A stretch of DNA of 63,693 nt, the filler included, from Octopus bimaculoides (Eukaryota), in the NCBI RefSeq assembly GCF_001194135.2. It is 5 parts of 5 records of this genome, joined end to end, with 100 filler letters (N's around TTAATTAATTAA, not from the genome) between each part and the next. Parts side by side here need not be neighbours in the genome. Positions count along the whole stretch, not along the records: positions 1 to 26,556 come from NC_068982.1; positions 26,657 to 44,990 come from NC_068985.1; 3 more parts are not named here. The stretch is one strand, 5' to 3'. The notes under the pieces are model-generated. The model was given only the letters and a program-made list of their open reading frames with translations. It ran no database searches and was not told where the DNA came from. How positions within the stretch are numbered: position 1 is the first letter of the stretch; the number at the start of each line of letters is the position of its first letter. Shown here one piece after another: positions 26,096 to 39,880 of this stretch. The position numbers were made by a program, and so were the translations under genes.

Positions 26096-26415
26096 ATGTT
26101 AATGTAGACAATCCTGACAAGAAATGCATTATAATGTATATAATGTGTTTATTTCAAGTCCTGCAAAATTCAAGCAATAATTCATCAAATGAAACAAATA
26201 CAAAATTAGATTCAGTTAAAAACTTACAAGCTGAAACAACTTTAATATCATCTTCTCCAAAGAGTATTGATGAGCACAGTGTACCTACACAACCTGCAGC
26301 AACTGTTACTACTGAATCCAGTTCTTCACTTACTGTTGAAGATGATATGAATAAAATAAGTGCAAAGTGTATGGACAAGACTAACTATGAAGCTTTGAAT
26401 CCTGCTGCTGCTGAG
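26096..26415 (+). CDS. DMD: Dystrophin exon, CH2 end plus hinge 1 (exon 8 equivalent): (D)VNVDNPDKKCIIMYIMCLFQVLQNSSNNSS...NPAAAE
   Basis: ttacAG acceptor. PDKK.I.MY...LFQVL motif. Frame stays open to a GAG|GTAGGA donor in phase 0, as in human exon 8. The 3' boundary is less certain than the 5'. Confidence 0.85.
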
Positions 26416-26556
26416 GTAGGAAAAAAAAAAACATTTTGCTTAGTTTTTAGTTCAAGTCTGAATAAGCACCTTTGTAGTCAAATCAGTCATCTGCTCACCT
26501 CTTTTCTCTCTCTCTCCTCTCTCTCTCCTCTCTCTCTCTCCTCTCTCTCTCTCACT

Positions 26557-26656
26557 NNNNNNNNNNNNNNNNNNNNNNNNNNNNNNNNNNNNNNNNNNNN
26601 TTAATTAATTAANNNNNNNNNNNNNNNNNNNNNNNNNNNNNNNNNNNNNNNNNNNN
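26557..26656. other. Artificial scaffold-join spacer 44N-TTAATTAATTAA-44N
   Basis: Exactly 100 nt. The 12-mer is palindromic and has TAA in all six frames. Confidence 0.95.
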
Positions 26657-26697
26657 TTTACATATTATACATACTTACGTATTATACATATATATAT

Positions 26698-26753
<56 letters not shown>

Positions 26754-27929
26754 ATATACATACATGCCAACATACATGCATACATACATGCATACATGCA
26801 TACATGCATACATACATATATATGTGTAAGAGAGATCGTTGTGTATGTGTGTATATTTATATATGTGTACGCATATAAGTGTGTATGTGTATGTATGTAA
26901 GTATGTATGTATGTATGTATGTATGTATGTATGTATGTATGTATGTATGTATATGTGTGCGTATGTTCATGTGTATATATGGGTTTGTATGTATGTACGT
27001 ATATGCCTTAGTAGATATGTGATTGCGCGTGTACACATGTTCATGTCTCTCTGTAATTATATGCACGCGTGTGTGTGGTCATATTTGATCCGCTTCTGCG
27101 TACGTCAGCATGTGTGTGCACGTGTGCGTGCGAGCACCGCTGTATACGTATATGTCCGCATGTGTTTGTATATGTATGTTTCCGAGCGCCTCTATCTAAT
27201 ACATTTGTGTGTGTGTGTGTATTTGTACACGTCTATATACGTCTGTATCTGTACTGAATAACAGTTTACATGTTGCTCCAAACCTAATTCTCCCAACAGA
27301 TGGCAGAATATACAGTGAAGCTAATTTTATTAATTTGTATGTATGTTAGTTTATTTAATGGTCTTCTTAGTGATGTGGTTCACTCGAGTTATAGTAACAG
27401 TCGTTCTTTCTATCTAACACATACACGCCCTCTCCCACTTTGTCCTTTCCTCTCTCTCTCCCTATATCACTCTCCTTCTCTTTTAAAACAGGCCCCCAGA
27501 TGTCGGCCTACATAGGGGCCGTTCTCACCCTCCGAAGGGCTGCACCATTGTTTTATTTATTTGTTTATTTATTTAATTATATTGCTTTCTTTATTCCGCC
27601 ACACAGGGTTTTCGGTCACTAAAAGGCCCTTCTTTGCAATCAAGAGCTGTGAAACATCCCTTGCCCCCTATTTACTAAACGCGCGCGCATACACACACGC
27701 ACACATAAACACCCACACACACACATACACACACAAACGTACATACACTCTCAAACATATATATATATATATATATATATATACACGCACGTATACGTAC
27801 ACCATAAATACATATATATTCACAAAAAACATGCATATATTTACACGCACATGTTCATTTTACCTCTTTTATACACACAGCCGGTTTCCTTTGCTCTCCG
27901 TCTCTCTAACTTCTCTCTCTCTCTCTTTT

Positions 27930-27977
<48 letters not shown>

Positions 27978-29009
27978 NNNNNNNNNNNNNNNNNNNNNNN
28001 NNNNNNNNNNNNNNNNNNNNNNNNNNNNNNNNNNNNNNNNNNNNNNNNNNNNNNNNNNNNNNNNNNNNNNNNNNNNNNNNNNNNNNNNNNNNNNNNNNNN
28101 NNNNNNNNNNNNNNNNNNNNNNNNNNNNNNNNNNNNNNNNNNNNNNNNNNNNNNNNNNNNNNNNNNNNNNNNNNNNNNNNNNNNNNNNNNNNNNNNNNNN
28201 NNNNNNNNNNNNNNNNNNNNNNNNNNNNNNNNNNNNNNNNNNNNNNNNNNNNNNNNNNNNNNNNNNNNNNNNNNNNNNNNNNNNNNNNNNNNNNNNNNNN
28301 NNNNNNNNNNNNNNNNNNNNNNNNNNNNNNNNNNNNNNNNNNNNNNNNNNNNNNNNNNNNNNNNNNNNNNNNNNNNNNNNNNNNNNNNNNNNNNNNNNNN
28401 NNNNNNNNNNNNNNNNNNNNNNNNNNNNNNNNNNNNNNNNNNNTAACCATTTATGTATTGATGAAATGCAAAATTCATAGAGCACAACGCACAGCAAGAA
28501 TTATTTATTTATTTATTTATTCCATTACCTTCTTTCTTCCTGCCTTCTTTTCTTCCTGTATTCTTTGTTTTCTGCTTTTTCGTTGTATATTCTTTGTTTT
28601 ACTCCTGTGGTTTGGACTTTCCAATTTGTTGAGACCAAATTAAAACAAATGGTTACGAACTTTTGTACTATATGCTATGGTTGGCCGGCCATCAACATCA
28701 TTACTGTCGACTTCATAATTACCATTACTATCATCACTATCGCCAATATTATTCCCAATATCATCATCATACTATTACTACTCTCATCACTGTAATCATC
28801 ATCCTCATAATCTTCATCATCATCAGTATCCCCTTCATTATCATTATTTCATCCACACATAACAGATTAGACCGCTGGAAAAATTCCTGGCATCGGGCTA
28901 CAAGTAACCCTACATGCTGAGAACCCTCCTAAGTATCCTAGCTGTTCCTTATAATTCTGTTTTCTGGAGCTACACTAAACTAGGTTCTGTGCCTATTTCT
29001 TCTATCCAT

Positions 29010-29266
29010 TTCTTTACTCTTTACTCTTTACTCTTTTTACTCTTTTACTTATTTCAGTCATTTGACTGCGGTCATGCTGGAGCACCGCCTTTAGTCGAGC
29101 AAATCGACTCCAGGACTTATTCTTTGGAAGCCTAATACTTATTCTATCAATCTCTTTTGCCGAACCGCTAAGTTACGGGGACGTAAACACACCACGATCG
29201 GTTGTCAAGTGATGGTGGGGGGACAAACACAGACACACAAACATGCACACACACACACACATATAT
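29010..29266 (-). mobile_element. SINE 3' body of the 'tttcagtcatttgactgcggccatgctggagcacc' family
   Basis: Related copies at ~47450, ~49640, ~50140, ~56621 and ~62365. Confidence 0.75.
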
Positions 29267-30192
29267 NNNNNNNNNNNNNNNNNNNNNNNNNNNNNNNNNN
29301 NNNNNNNNNNNNNNNNNNNNNNNNNNNNNNNNNNNNNNNNNNNNNNNNNNNNNNNNNNNNNNNNNNNNNNNNNNNNNNNNNNNNNNNNNNNNNNNNNNNN
29401 NNNNNNNNNNNNNNNNNNNNNNNNNNNNNNNNNNNNNNNNNNNNNNNNNNNNNNNNNNNNNNNNNNNNNNNNNNNNNNNNNNNNNNNNNNNNNNNNNNNN
29501 NNNNNNNNNNNNNNNNNNNNNNNNNNNNNNNNNNNNNNNNNNNNNNNNNNNNNNNNNNNNNNNNNNNNNNNNNNNNNNNNNNNNNNNNNNNNNNNNNNNN
29601 NNNNNNNNNNNNNNNNNNNNNNNNNNNNNNNNNNNNNNNNNNNNNNNNNNNNNNNNNNNNNNNNNNNNNNNNNNNNNNNNNNNNNNNNNNNNNNNNNNNN
29701 NNNNNNNNNNNNNNNNNNNNNNNNNNNNNNNNNNNNNNNNNNNNNNNNNNNNNNNNNNNNNNNNNNNNNNNNNNNNNNNNNNNNNNNNNNNNNNNNNNNN
29801 NNNNNNNNNNNNNNNNNNNNNNNNNNNNNNNNNNNNNNNNNNNNNNNNNNNNNNNNNNNNNNNNNNNNNNNNNNNNNNNNNNNNNNNNNNNNNNNNNNNN
29901 NNNNNNNNNNNNNNNNNNNNNNNNNNNNNNNNNNNNNNNNNNNNNNNNNNNNNNNNNNNNNNNNNNNNNNNNNNNNNNNNNNNNNNNNNNNNNNNNNNNN
30001 NNNNNNNNNNNNNNNNNNNNNNNNNNNNNNNNNNNNNNNNNNNNNNNNNNNNNNNNNNNNNNNNNNNNNNNNNNNNNNNNNNNNNNNNNNNNNNNNNNNN
30101 NNNNNNNNNNNNNNNNNNNNNNNNNNNNNNNNNNNNNNNNNNNNNNNNNNNNNNNNNNNNNNNNNNNNNNNNNNNNNNNNNNNNNNNNNNNN

Positions 30193-30785
<593 letters not shown>

Positions 30786-30786
<1 letters not shown>

Positions 30787-31332
30787 TGAGTGAGAGAGCA
30801 GTGCATGCCGTCAAAGTCACACTGGGGTGAAAAATACGAAGCCCAGTATATCCGTCAGATAAGGGTACACCAGGCACATTCATAACAACCATATGTGCGT
30901 GACATAATGATCACATATCAAGATAAACAGCGCATGACCTTGCAGGTGGGGCCCAGTTAGAATTTTCTTCAGGCCGAGTAGCCCACTCCCCTCAAAAGGT
31001 CCCTGAATAAGGGTTGTTTAATGATGTTGAACAAAACATCCACGTTTCCAAAGGTGAATTATCCAAACCCCCCAAAGAATTCCTCTCAACACATGGCTAT
31101 GATGCTTCCCCCACTACTTCTGCTCATGAGCAGAGATGCACATAGTGTCTGACACTAAGGAACATGCTTACTGGTTACGGTCAAGCAACTGACAAGCAAA
31201 TCTGTGGTATTAAGCAGAATATTTGCTGTAGCCCATCTTTTATACCAAGACAAAACAGTGTACATGATAACACTTCCAATCAGTTAAGATGCGAAGCCAT
31301 GAGAGCCACTGCCTGGTACTGCATCAGGGCAT
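30786..31332. repeat. ~550-nt interspersed repeat, copy 2 (inverted relative to 23022-23585)
   Basis: Collinear reverse-complement match. Confidence 0.85.
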
Positions 31333-31352
31333 ATTATTATTATTATTATTAT

Positions 31353-31383
<31 letters not shown>

Positions 31384-32120
31384 TTAATGCTTTTAAAATT
31401 CTGTAATTAGATTAATTATTTTTAAATATATTTTTATCGTTATTTATCCTAATCAAATTTCACTATTTTAATTTTTAAATTCTTATTCCTTAAAGAAACT
31501 AATCTTTTTTNNNNNNNNNNNNNNNNNNNNNNNNNNNNNNNNNNNNNNNNNNNNNNNNNNNNNNNNNNNNNNNNNNNNNNNNNNNNNNNNNNNNNNNNNN
31601 NNNNNNNNNNNNNNNNNNNNNNNNNNNNNNNNNNNNNNNNNNNNNNNNNNNNNNNNNNNNNNNNNNNNNNNNNNNNNNNNNNNNNNNNNNNNNNNNNNNN
31701 NNNNNNNNNNNNNNNNNNNNNNNNNNNNNNNNNNNNNNNNNNNNNNNNNNNNNNNNNNNNNNNNNNNNNNNNNNNNNNNNNNNNNNNNNNNNNNNNNNNN
31801 NNNNNNNNNNNNNNNNNNNNNNNNNNNNNNNNNNNNNNNNNNNNNNNNNNNNNNNNNNNNNNNNNNNNNNNNNNNNNNNNNNNNNNNNNNNNNNNNNNNN
31901 NNNNNNNNNNNNNNNNNNNNNNNNNNNNNNNNNNNNNNNNNNNNNNNNNNNNNNNNNNNNNNNNNNNNNNNNNNNNNNNNNNNNNNNNNNNNNNNNNNNN
32001 NNNNNNNNNNNNNNNNNNNNNNNNNNNNNNNNNNNNNNNNNNNNNNNNNNNNNNNNNNNNNNNNNNNNNNNNNNNNNNNNNNNNNNNNNNNNNNNNNNNN
32101 ATATACACACACACACTGTA

Positions 32121-32163
<43 letters not shown>

Positions 32164-32169
32164 TACGCG

Positions 32170-32200
<31 letters not shown>

Positions 32201-32209
32201 ACACACACA

Positions 32210-33397
32210 CTGATCGATTATACCACGTGCAAAGAGAAGGGGATCATCAGAGTCAGCAGCGATAATACCAAACAGACTCGGGAAGCGGCAAAGACCACGA
32301 GGCAACAGAAAACAGCCAAAATGATGGCAGCTCGACTCTAGGATAACAGGGTCAGGAAATAAAAGAGAGAAGAGGAGAAGGAGAAATGCACGTCTCCAGG
32401 ATGTAAGGCAACGAACAAATAGCAGAAAATTAGATCCTGTCAGGCTTTGCAATGGAACACAGATAATCGTACAAGAAATGCACGAAAATCTAATCATTGC
32501 AAAGACCAATGTTGATGCATTCAAAAAGGACATTGTCAATGATACCTAGAATTAAGCTCAATACATCAGAAGGTGAAGATGTACCTGTTCAGCGGACCTA
32601 GTACCCGATACTACACTCGTGTTTTACAATGACTATACATAAACGTGGAGGCGCAATGGCCCAGTGGTTAGGGCAGCGGAATCGTGATCATAGGATCGCG
32701 GTTTCGATTCCCAGACCGGGCGTTGTGAGTGTTTATTGAGCGAAAACACTTAAAGCTCCACGAGGCTCCGGCAGGGGATGGTGGCGAACCCTGCTGTACT
32801 CTTTCACCACAACTTTCTCTCACTCTTACTTCCTGTTTCTATTGTACCTGTAATTCAAAGGGTCAGCCTTGTCACACTGTGTCACGCTGAATATCCCTGA
32901 GAACTACGTTAAGGGTACACGTGTCTGTGGAGTGCTCAGCCACTTGCACGTTAATTTCACGAGCAGGCTGTTCCGTTGATCGGATCAACTGGAACCCTCG
33001 ACGTCGTAAGCGACGGAGTGCCAACAACAATACATAAAGCAAAAGAATGGACCATGCAGAATGCCTTAATTTATCGTGAGAAGCTAGTATTCCAGCATGG
33101 CCAGTTGTATATAGCTTTAAGCCGAAGAATAAGGAATGAAAATTAAAGAAATTTTGTCATAAAATTTATCCTCTTTTAAACAACCAAGAGGTACAGTCGT
33201 CTTTCTTTCTTTAATATGGAAAGAATTTCAGATAATGCATTTATATTCACAATTTTCTTCATGCATTTAACAGAATACTATTATTTGGATAGTTTCATTT
33301 AAATTAAATATATGTATGTGTAACATGATTCCGATTCAACAAACTAACAAACAATCAGTGCATTTTTTACCGGGGCAACGCCGGGTAGAAAATCTAG
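32210..33397 (+). mobile_element. Internally deleted (non-autonomous) Helitron carrying a SINE insertion
   Basis: PRAKRR...RNARLQDVRQR N-terminus joined to PIF1 helicase motifs LDPVRLCNGT, MIPRIK, MTIHK and VFQHGQLYIALSR. 3' GC-rich hairpin ccggggcaacgccggg, then CTAG at 33394-33397. Confidence 0.82.
32644..33029 (+). mobile_element. Full-length tRNA-derived SINE with 9-nt TSD
   Basis: Head gtggaggcgcaatggcccagtggttagggc...ggtttcgattccc, (AAC)n tail, and TSD ATACATAAA at 32635-32643 and 33030-33038. Confidence 0.93.
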
Positions 33398-34761
33398 AAT
33401 ATATGTATCCACATATAAGTGTATGTGTATATGTGCGTGCATACATACATACATACAGACAGACAGACAGACAGACTCACAAACATACACATACTTAAAA
33501 AGCTGGTATACGCAATTAAGATAGTATTCAATTAAAATAATCAACTCTGTATCATACTTAATGTATACACACTACCGTAAACAATTTTTCGTAAATTTGT
33601 ATACACTCTTTGTCCTGAGATAACATCTCTTATGAAATATCTGAGACGAAAATTAGCCACAACAGCGACGAAAATTAGCCAGACGCGAACTTGCAGCGAG
33701 CCTTATTCTCGGACAAGAATTCGTCGCTCATGATATAGGGGGGGAAAATGAATAGAATATTCAGTGATTAAAAATCTGTTATACGCGACTGATACAGTTT
33801 TTAATTAAGATAGCCATCTATGTATCATACTTAAAGTATACACACTGTCGTAAGCAACTTTTCATAAGTTTGTGTTAACACACTGTGATATTTAGGTTTG
33901 TTTTCAAGTAACAATGTGCTAAGTGGATATATACTTATCTGATACTCGGTCTCCCATTCGTCATTAGATACAGGGCAAATTTTGCATTAGATGCAGGGCA
34001 GTTTTTTGATACATTTAAAATTTTGAAAAGCGTGGTCTTATACGCCAGTACATATATATTTATAAAACGATGAATACATACAAATTTATATGGATGCCTG
34101 CCTTTTTGTGTGCGCGTGTGTGTGTGTATAGTTATAAAAACTTAACAATTAGCGTAAATTTTGAACAGAAAGTCATTGGACATTTTTTCAACAAAAGACA
34201 TTGGACATTAATAGCACAATGTACACAAACATGACACTTAAAACTACACTGAATTCATGATTTCAATTGAACGTGTTTTTAGAGAAAAGATATTTATGCA
34301 AATATACACATACACACAAATATATGCGTGCGCACGCGTAAGCTCATTTAAACGAAACAAAAACAGACATTTATTCAATTCCAAGAACTCAAGAATACTG
34401 ACACATAAACGCTCACACGTCTGTAGATACATACATTCACGTGCACATACAAATATATACAGTTTATGCATGCGCGCGCGTGCATGTGTGTAAAAGGGAG
34501 ATGTGTACAGCAAAAAATGTTAGAGCCTGAAGAATACATTTTGACAGACAAGTGAAGCTCCAAACACACACACACACACACACACACATACACACACACA
34601 CATACACACACACATACACACACACACACACATACACACACACACATACACACACACATACACACACACACACATACACACACACACGTACATACACATA
34701 TTGCTTCGAATCTGTGTGAGTGTGTTTAGAATAATATATAAGTTTTTTTATTATGGTATTT

Positions 34762-35262
34762 TAACAAAATTAGCACTTTCATACATAATGTATCCATCAG
34801 ATTTCAAATGTGTTTAACTGACAGTTGAGTTCTTGACAACTTTAGTACCTCTTAGAACGCTCAAACCAGCTGAATTTTTAGAATACCTTTTTGATCAATC
34901 CACATGCTCTTAAACATCACAGTTTGCCAGGCGTACCGATATTCTGCAACTTGTTTATATTTATTAATATGCATCATTAACTGATTGTTATATTATTGTT
35001 GTTATTTCAATTCAGAACAGATTTGAACATTTTAATAAACCGTTTTTCTTTTATCTTTCTTCCAATCTCTCTTGTGTCATATATTTTGTGGAAAGGAAAA
35101 ATTAGAAACATTTTCTGACCATATATCTCTATATGTTTGCTCAATGGAATTTGGAGAACATTGGTTTTCTAAGAGGTACTAAAGTTGTCAAGAACTCAAC
35201 TGTCTGTTAAACACATTTGAAATCTGATAAGTACACTATGAATGAAAGCGCTAATTTTGTTA
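34762..35262. mobile_element. MITE/fold-back element with long TIRs (at least 96 nt: 34762-34857 and 35167-35262)
   Basis: Arms are ~93% reverse-complementary. The right arm runs into an N gap. Confidence 0.75.
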
Positions 35263-36597
35263 NNNNNNNNNNNNNNNNNNNNNNNNNNNNNNNNNNNNNN
35301 NNNNNNNNNNNNNNNNNNNNNNNNNNNNNNNNNNNNNNNNNNNNNNNNNNNNNNNNNNNNNNNNNNNNNNNNNNNNNNNNNNNNNNNNNNNNNNNNNNNN
35401 NNNNNNNNNNNNNNNNNNNNNNNNNNNNNNNNNNNNNNNNNNNNNNNNNNNNNNNNNNNNNNNNNNNNNNNNNNNNNNNNNNNNNNNNNNNNNNNNNNNN
35501 NNNNNNNNNNNNNNNNNNNNNNNNNNNNNNNNNNNNNNNNNNNNNNNNNNNNNNNNNNNNNNNNNNNNNNNNNNNNNNNNNNNNNNNNNNNNNNNNNNNN
35601 NNNNNNNNNNNNNNNNNNNNNNNNNNNNNNNNNNNNNNNNNNNNNNNNNNNNNNNNNNNNNNNNNNNNNNNNNNNNNNNNNNNNNNNNNNNNNNNNNNNN
35701 NNNNNNNNNNNNNNACTTTTGTTATTTACACCACCTGTCCTCGTCTGTTGTTGTTATTTGTATATTCTCCCACATAAGCACACGTATACAGGTACATATA
35801 CACACAAGCGAATGCGGAAGTCTCTACGTGGTTGCTTAGCTCGCTAAAATCGCAACGAATTCTGCCTAGTATCACCCCCACCCCACCCCCGCCCTCTTTA
35901 AAAAAGAACGAGACAAATTTGATAATATGGTAGTTTTTATATGTACTATTTGAAAAAGATAATCGAATGGTCATGGCTGAAATACTTTTGATTATAGTTC
36001 TACGCGATCGGTTTTATTTTAGGGACTAAACAACTGTTATTAAGAGCTATCGAGAGAATCTCTATGCTGTCGCTTGATCTGCTAGAAATAGCAACTAAAA
36101 CTCCACAAAAGGGGGTAAAAAACGAATGGCATACTGGACAATGTATTTCTAGATATACAAAGAGATTAACATTACTGCCTTGCCTTTGATCATAAGCGTG
36201 TTGTTAGGTGATTTGGAACGAAACAACACCATAAACATACGCACACACACGTACACACGCATGCACACACGCACGCACGCACGCACATACACACACAGTC
36301 ACTCACTCACTGCACCAGCCCTTTACAAGTCAGTGCATTTGCTTGAAACCATCAAGATATTTAAAACAGTTACACATCTTGGACACAGGCCACGTCGGTT
36401 TCACTATAAAGAACAATTATATTTTCACTCACTTTTCAACTTCTACATTATTTACGCTACACCAACCACCCTGCCTTCATCCCTCTCCATCATCACTTCA
36501 TCGGTTCACTGCTTTCCACCATGTCTTCCCTCCTCTCTCCCTCAGCTCTCTCTCATCTCTCTCATCTCTCTCATCTCTCTCATCTCTCTCATATCTC

Positions 36598-36666
<69 letters not shown>

Positions 36667-36953
36667 TCGTCCCATGATCATACTGCTAATACTTTTCTTG
36701 TTGCTGTTTCCTCAAAAGCCACACTTGATACAGTAAACCGATGATCAAAGGCATTTCAGCCGTGGCCACCTTGTAGGCCTACATTCTTCAATGTGTCCTT
36801 TTCTTATTTAAAACTGAAATAGGACAGAGTATGATAGGGGGTTGCTATTTCAAGCTGATGTCGCTATTGCTTCTGCAGCTGTTATTTAGAAACTGGTCAG
36901 TCCAAATTCTAATCACCCAACTCACATCTAGGATGTGAATTAGAATAGAAGTA

Positions 36954-37173
36954 CAGCAATCCCTCGACTATCGTGGGTGTTACGTTCCAAAACCGCCCGC
37001 GATATGTTGAAACCCGCGAAGTAGAAACAGTACTGTACTGTATTTTTTTTATAATTATTTTTATAATTTGTACATACTTATTTTATAATAAATGCAAAAC
37101 ACCACGGAGGAATCGACGTAAGCTTAAATAATAAACCGCGATAGGTGAACCGCGATATGACGAAGGACTACTG
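36954..37173. mobile_element. Tigger/pogo-like MITE
   Basis: TA TSDs. TIR cagcaatccctcgactatcgtgg versus reverse complement cagtagtccttcgtcatatcgcgg. Confidence 0.85.
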
Positions 37174-37619
37174 TATTATTAACCCTCGAAAGGATGAAAG
37201 TTGATCCTGACAGTTTTGATCGCAAATTGCCGTAACTAAGTATCACAAAACCGACACTATCAATTCTGACAATCCACTGCCTGATTTAACTCGTGGGCAA
37301 ACACTGTGACTATCTCATCATTTATTTAAATCTTTATTTTTTTTTTTTATTCATTCATTCATTCACTTATTGCAAACATTCTGTATCTAAGGTAGACTAT
37401 TTTTGTATGTTCTTCCTTCCTCAAGATGGAAGAGTTTGATTTGAAGTAGATCTGTTTGTTAATTGTAGCATGGCAAGCAACTATGCTGTATCCCTCTAGA
37501 TGAAGTACTGTTGCCGTTACTCCTGCTTCTCTTGTTATCATTATTGTAATAACAACAATTATTGATGCTATCTTTAATGTTGTTACTGTTGTTTCCCCAG
37601 CTTGCTGCAGCTCACACAA

Positions 37620-39880
37620 TTTGATAATATCTGGTTTCTTTGTAACTGGAACAGGGAAGAATCTTTGGTACTCTGGTAAATATGCAGCCACCTCCCAATA
37701 GCCGTTCCACTTTTCATCATTCACAGGAAGTTTCTTCTTCAAACGGATCGACTGTCCTGGACGTACGAAGGTAATGGACTCTCTGGTTTGTTTCTTCTGT
37801 GGTTTCTTGCCACTGTTCATTAGAGCAATTTGGTTTTTTGCAGTATTTAAGAGGATCTTAAGAACTAGCTTGTGTATCCATACATATCTATCCAACGCCA
37901 GTGAACAGCTGGAAAGTATGTTTCAGTGTTCCTACGTTCCCACATTTGCATTTATCACTCTTTGATACATTCCATCTCATCAGGTTTGTAGGCGACGCCA
38001 AGATATCGTAAGATGACCGAATTAAAAAAACGCGGTCGTGATGTACTCCACTTCCATATTTCATTCCAACTTAATTTTTGTTTTAATTGCGTGTTCCTCA
38101 TCTGTTCTTGTTGAGAGCATTGAATCACACGAAGCTCTCTTCTCTCTGTTTCCTTTGCCTGTTACTGACAACAAATCTGAATTTGCTTCTGCTTTTCACT
38201 ACCTGGTTGTTTTCGCATCTAGTAGATTACGCCTTATTTCCATATCTCTCGACTCATCTTTCAACACTTTTACCATCATCACAGTTCGTACCTTCTCTAC
38301 TTTATAAATTTATACGATTAACACCAATGGTAATTGCAGTGAGCCTCTTATACAATAAAGAGTTGAGCTGTTCAATATCTGAGGTAGACCTAACCATTTT
38401 CTAATGAATACATTGCGCTTTGCTCAATGATTTGAACCCATGACAGTGCCACCTTGTATATTAATTGTGGCCACAAAAGCGATAATATGCCAAACTGTAG
38501 ACACCATATTTTATACTTGCCTAGTAGCTTTTCTAACATCAATTGTTGTTGGTCCATCCTCAGCTTGTTTCATAATCTGTATCCCACGACTCCTATCTGA
38601 CAATATTCCAACGTATGTATGCCCCAGGCTCTTAACAAGTTTTTCCTTGACTGTTTGTATACCTTCTCCTATTTAAAATTTCTCTTCTTTCTGCACTCCC
38701 CTAACAAATGTCAGACTGCGCGACTTTTTTGCTCTGAACTGCATGCTTGACCACTTTATTAGCTTTTTTAGCCTTGAGAGGACATTCTGCATGATCCGAT
38801 TATCTACCGTTAGAAGTGTCAGGTCATTAATGAAGGCTTTTTTATGTGATTGTATATGGGTCATTTGTTCTGAAAATTTTGTTGCTTCCAAAATCATCTC
38901 CATGACTAGAATAAACTACGTGACAGATATTGTGCAACCTACAACAATGCCAGTCTCCAGGCGTTGCAGGTCTGTTGTGAAGTTGACAAATGTAAATCTC
39001 ATCTCGAGACTGTCGTGATATTTCCTCATTAATTTTGTTTCCTTCTTCGGTATGTGGAAGTGGTCTGTGACTTATCAACAATTCATGTGGCACTGAGCCA
39101 TATGCATTAGCTAGATTAAGCCATACCACGTTCAAATTTGTTTTATTCTGTTTGGCATCCTGGACCGCTTTTCATATTGAAATGGAATGCTCAACACTTT
39201 TGAACAGATTCATCCACAAATTCATTGCTATGAAAGTATTTCAGTGTTCGTTTTGCAATGATGCCGATATAAATTTAGCCATCCAATAAGGATATTGGTC
39301 AAAACTGCTTTATACTCTCTGCCCTGGCCTCTTTGGCAGGTGTACGCTTCTGCCTTACACCAATCCTCTACTAGAGTCTCTTTGCACCAAAGCTGCCGGA
39401 GCAGAGCAAAATACTTCTTTCGTTGACGATCGGAGTACTTATATACTTTATACGACACGCTATCATCTCCGGGAGCACTCTGGCTTTTCTTACGAATTCA
39501 TTCACCTCCTTTTCTCTGGTGTCTCCAATCTGAAATTTGATATCAAGTTCTAAAGAATACTTCAGTTCATTTATAGACTGCAGTGGCTGGTAATGATTTG
39601 GATCGTTGTAGATTTCTTTCATATGAGCATCCAGTACTTCTTTTGTGCATGATAGAGTACCACTGTTTAGTTCAGTGAACAGCTTCTTCGTAACCCCGTA
39701 CGGGTTTTTCAGAAATTGTTCACGAGTCCTTTTGCTTTCTTTTCTTCACTCATATCGGCGTATATTTCGTTGCACAAAATGACATTTTCTGTTCAACTCC
39801 TCGTACAGTACCGCAAATTTCCATTGCTTTCTTCAGCTGTTCTTTTCCATCCCCAATTGTTTCATTTTTCTAGCATATTC
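37620..39880 (-). mobile_element. Decayed HERO-like (R2-group, RLE) non-LTR retrotransposon, truncated at both ends
   Basis: RKQWKFA...FLKNPYGVTKKLF...; VVWLNLANAYGSVPHELL; KAFINDLTLL...WSSMQFRAKKSRSL (RT); DRYVWIHKLVL...TKKPDII (RLE). Many stops. Clade assignment is from motif recall only. Confidence 0.8.

Noticed and set aside
26134-26604. Stand-alone 156-aa ORF
   Set aside because: It is the dystrophin exon read through into the intron and gap.
26601-26612. TTAATTAATTAA as a regulatory palindrome
   Set aside because: Always centred in exactly 88 N, so it is an assembler linker.
32644-32720. tRNA-like sequences (also ~13080-13152, ~49320-49393, ~54751-54830)
   Set aside because: SINE heads with bodies, tails and in two cases TSDs, not tRNA genes.
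37359-37895. 178-aa ORF as a host gene
   Set aside because: The first half is the HERO-like RLE region; the rest is read-through into flanking DNA.
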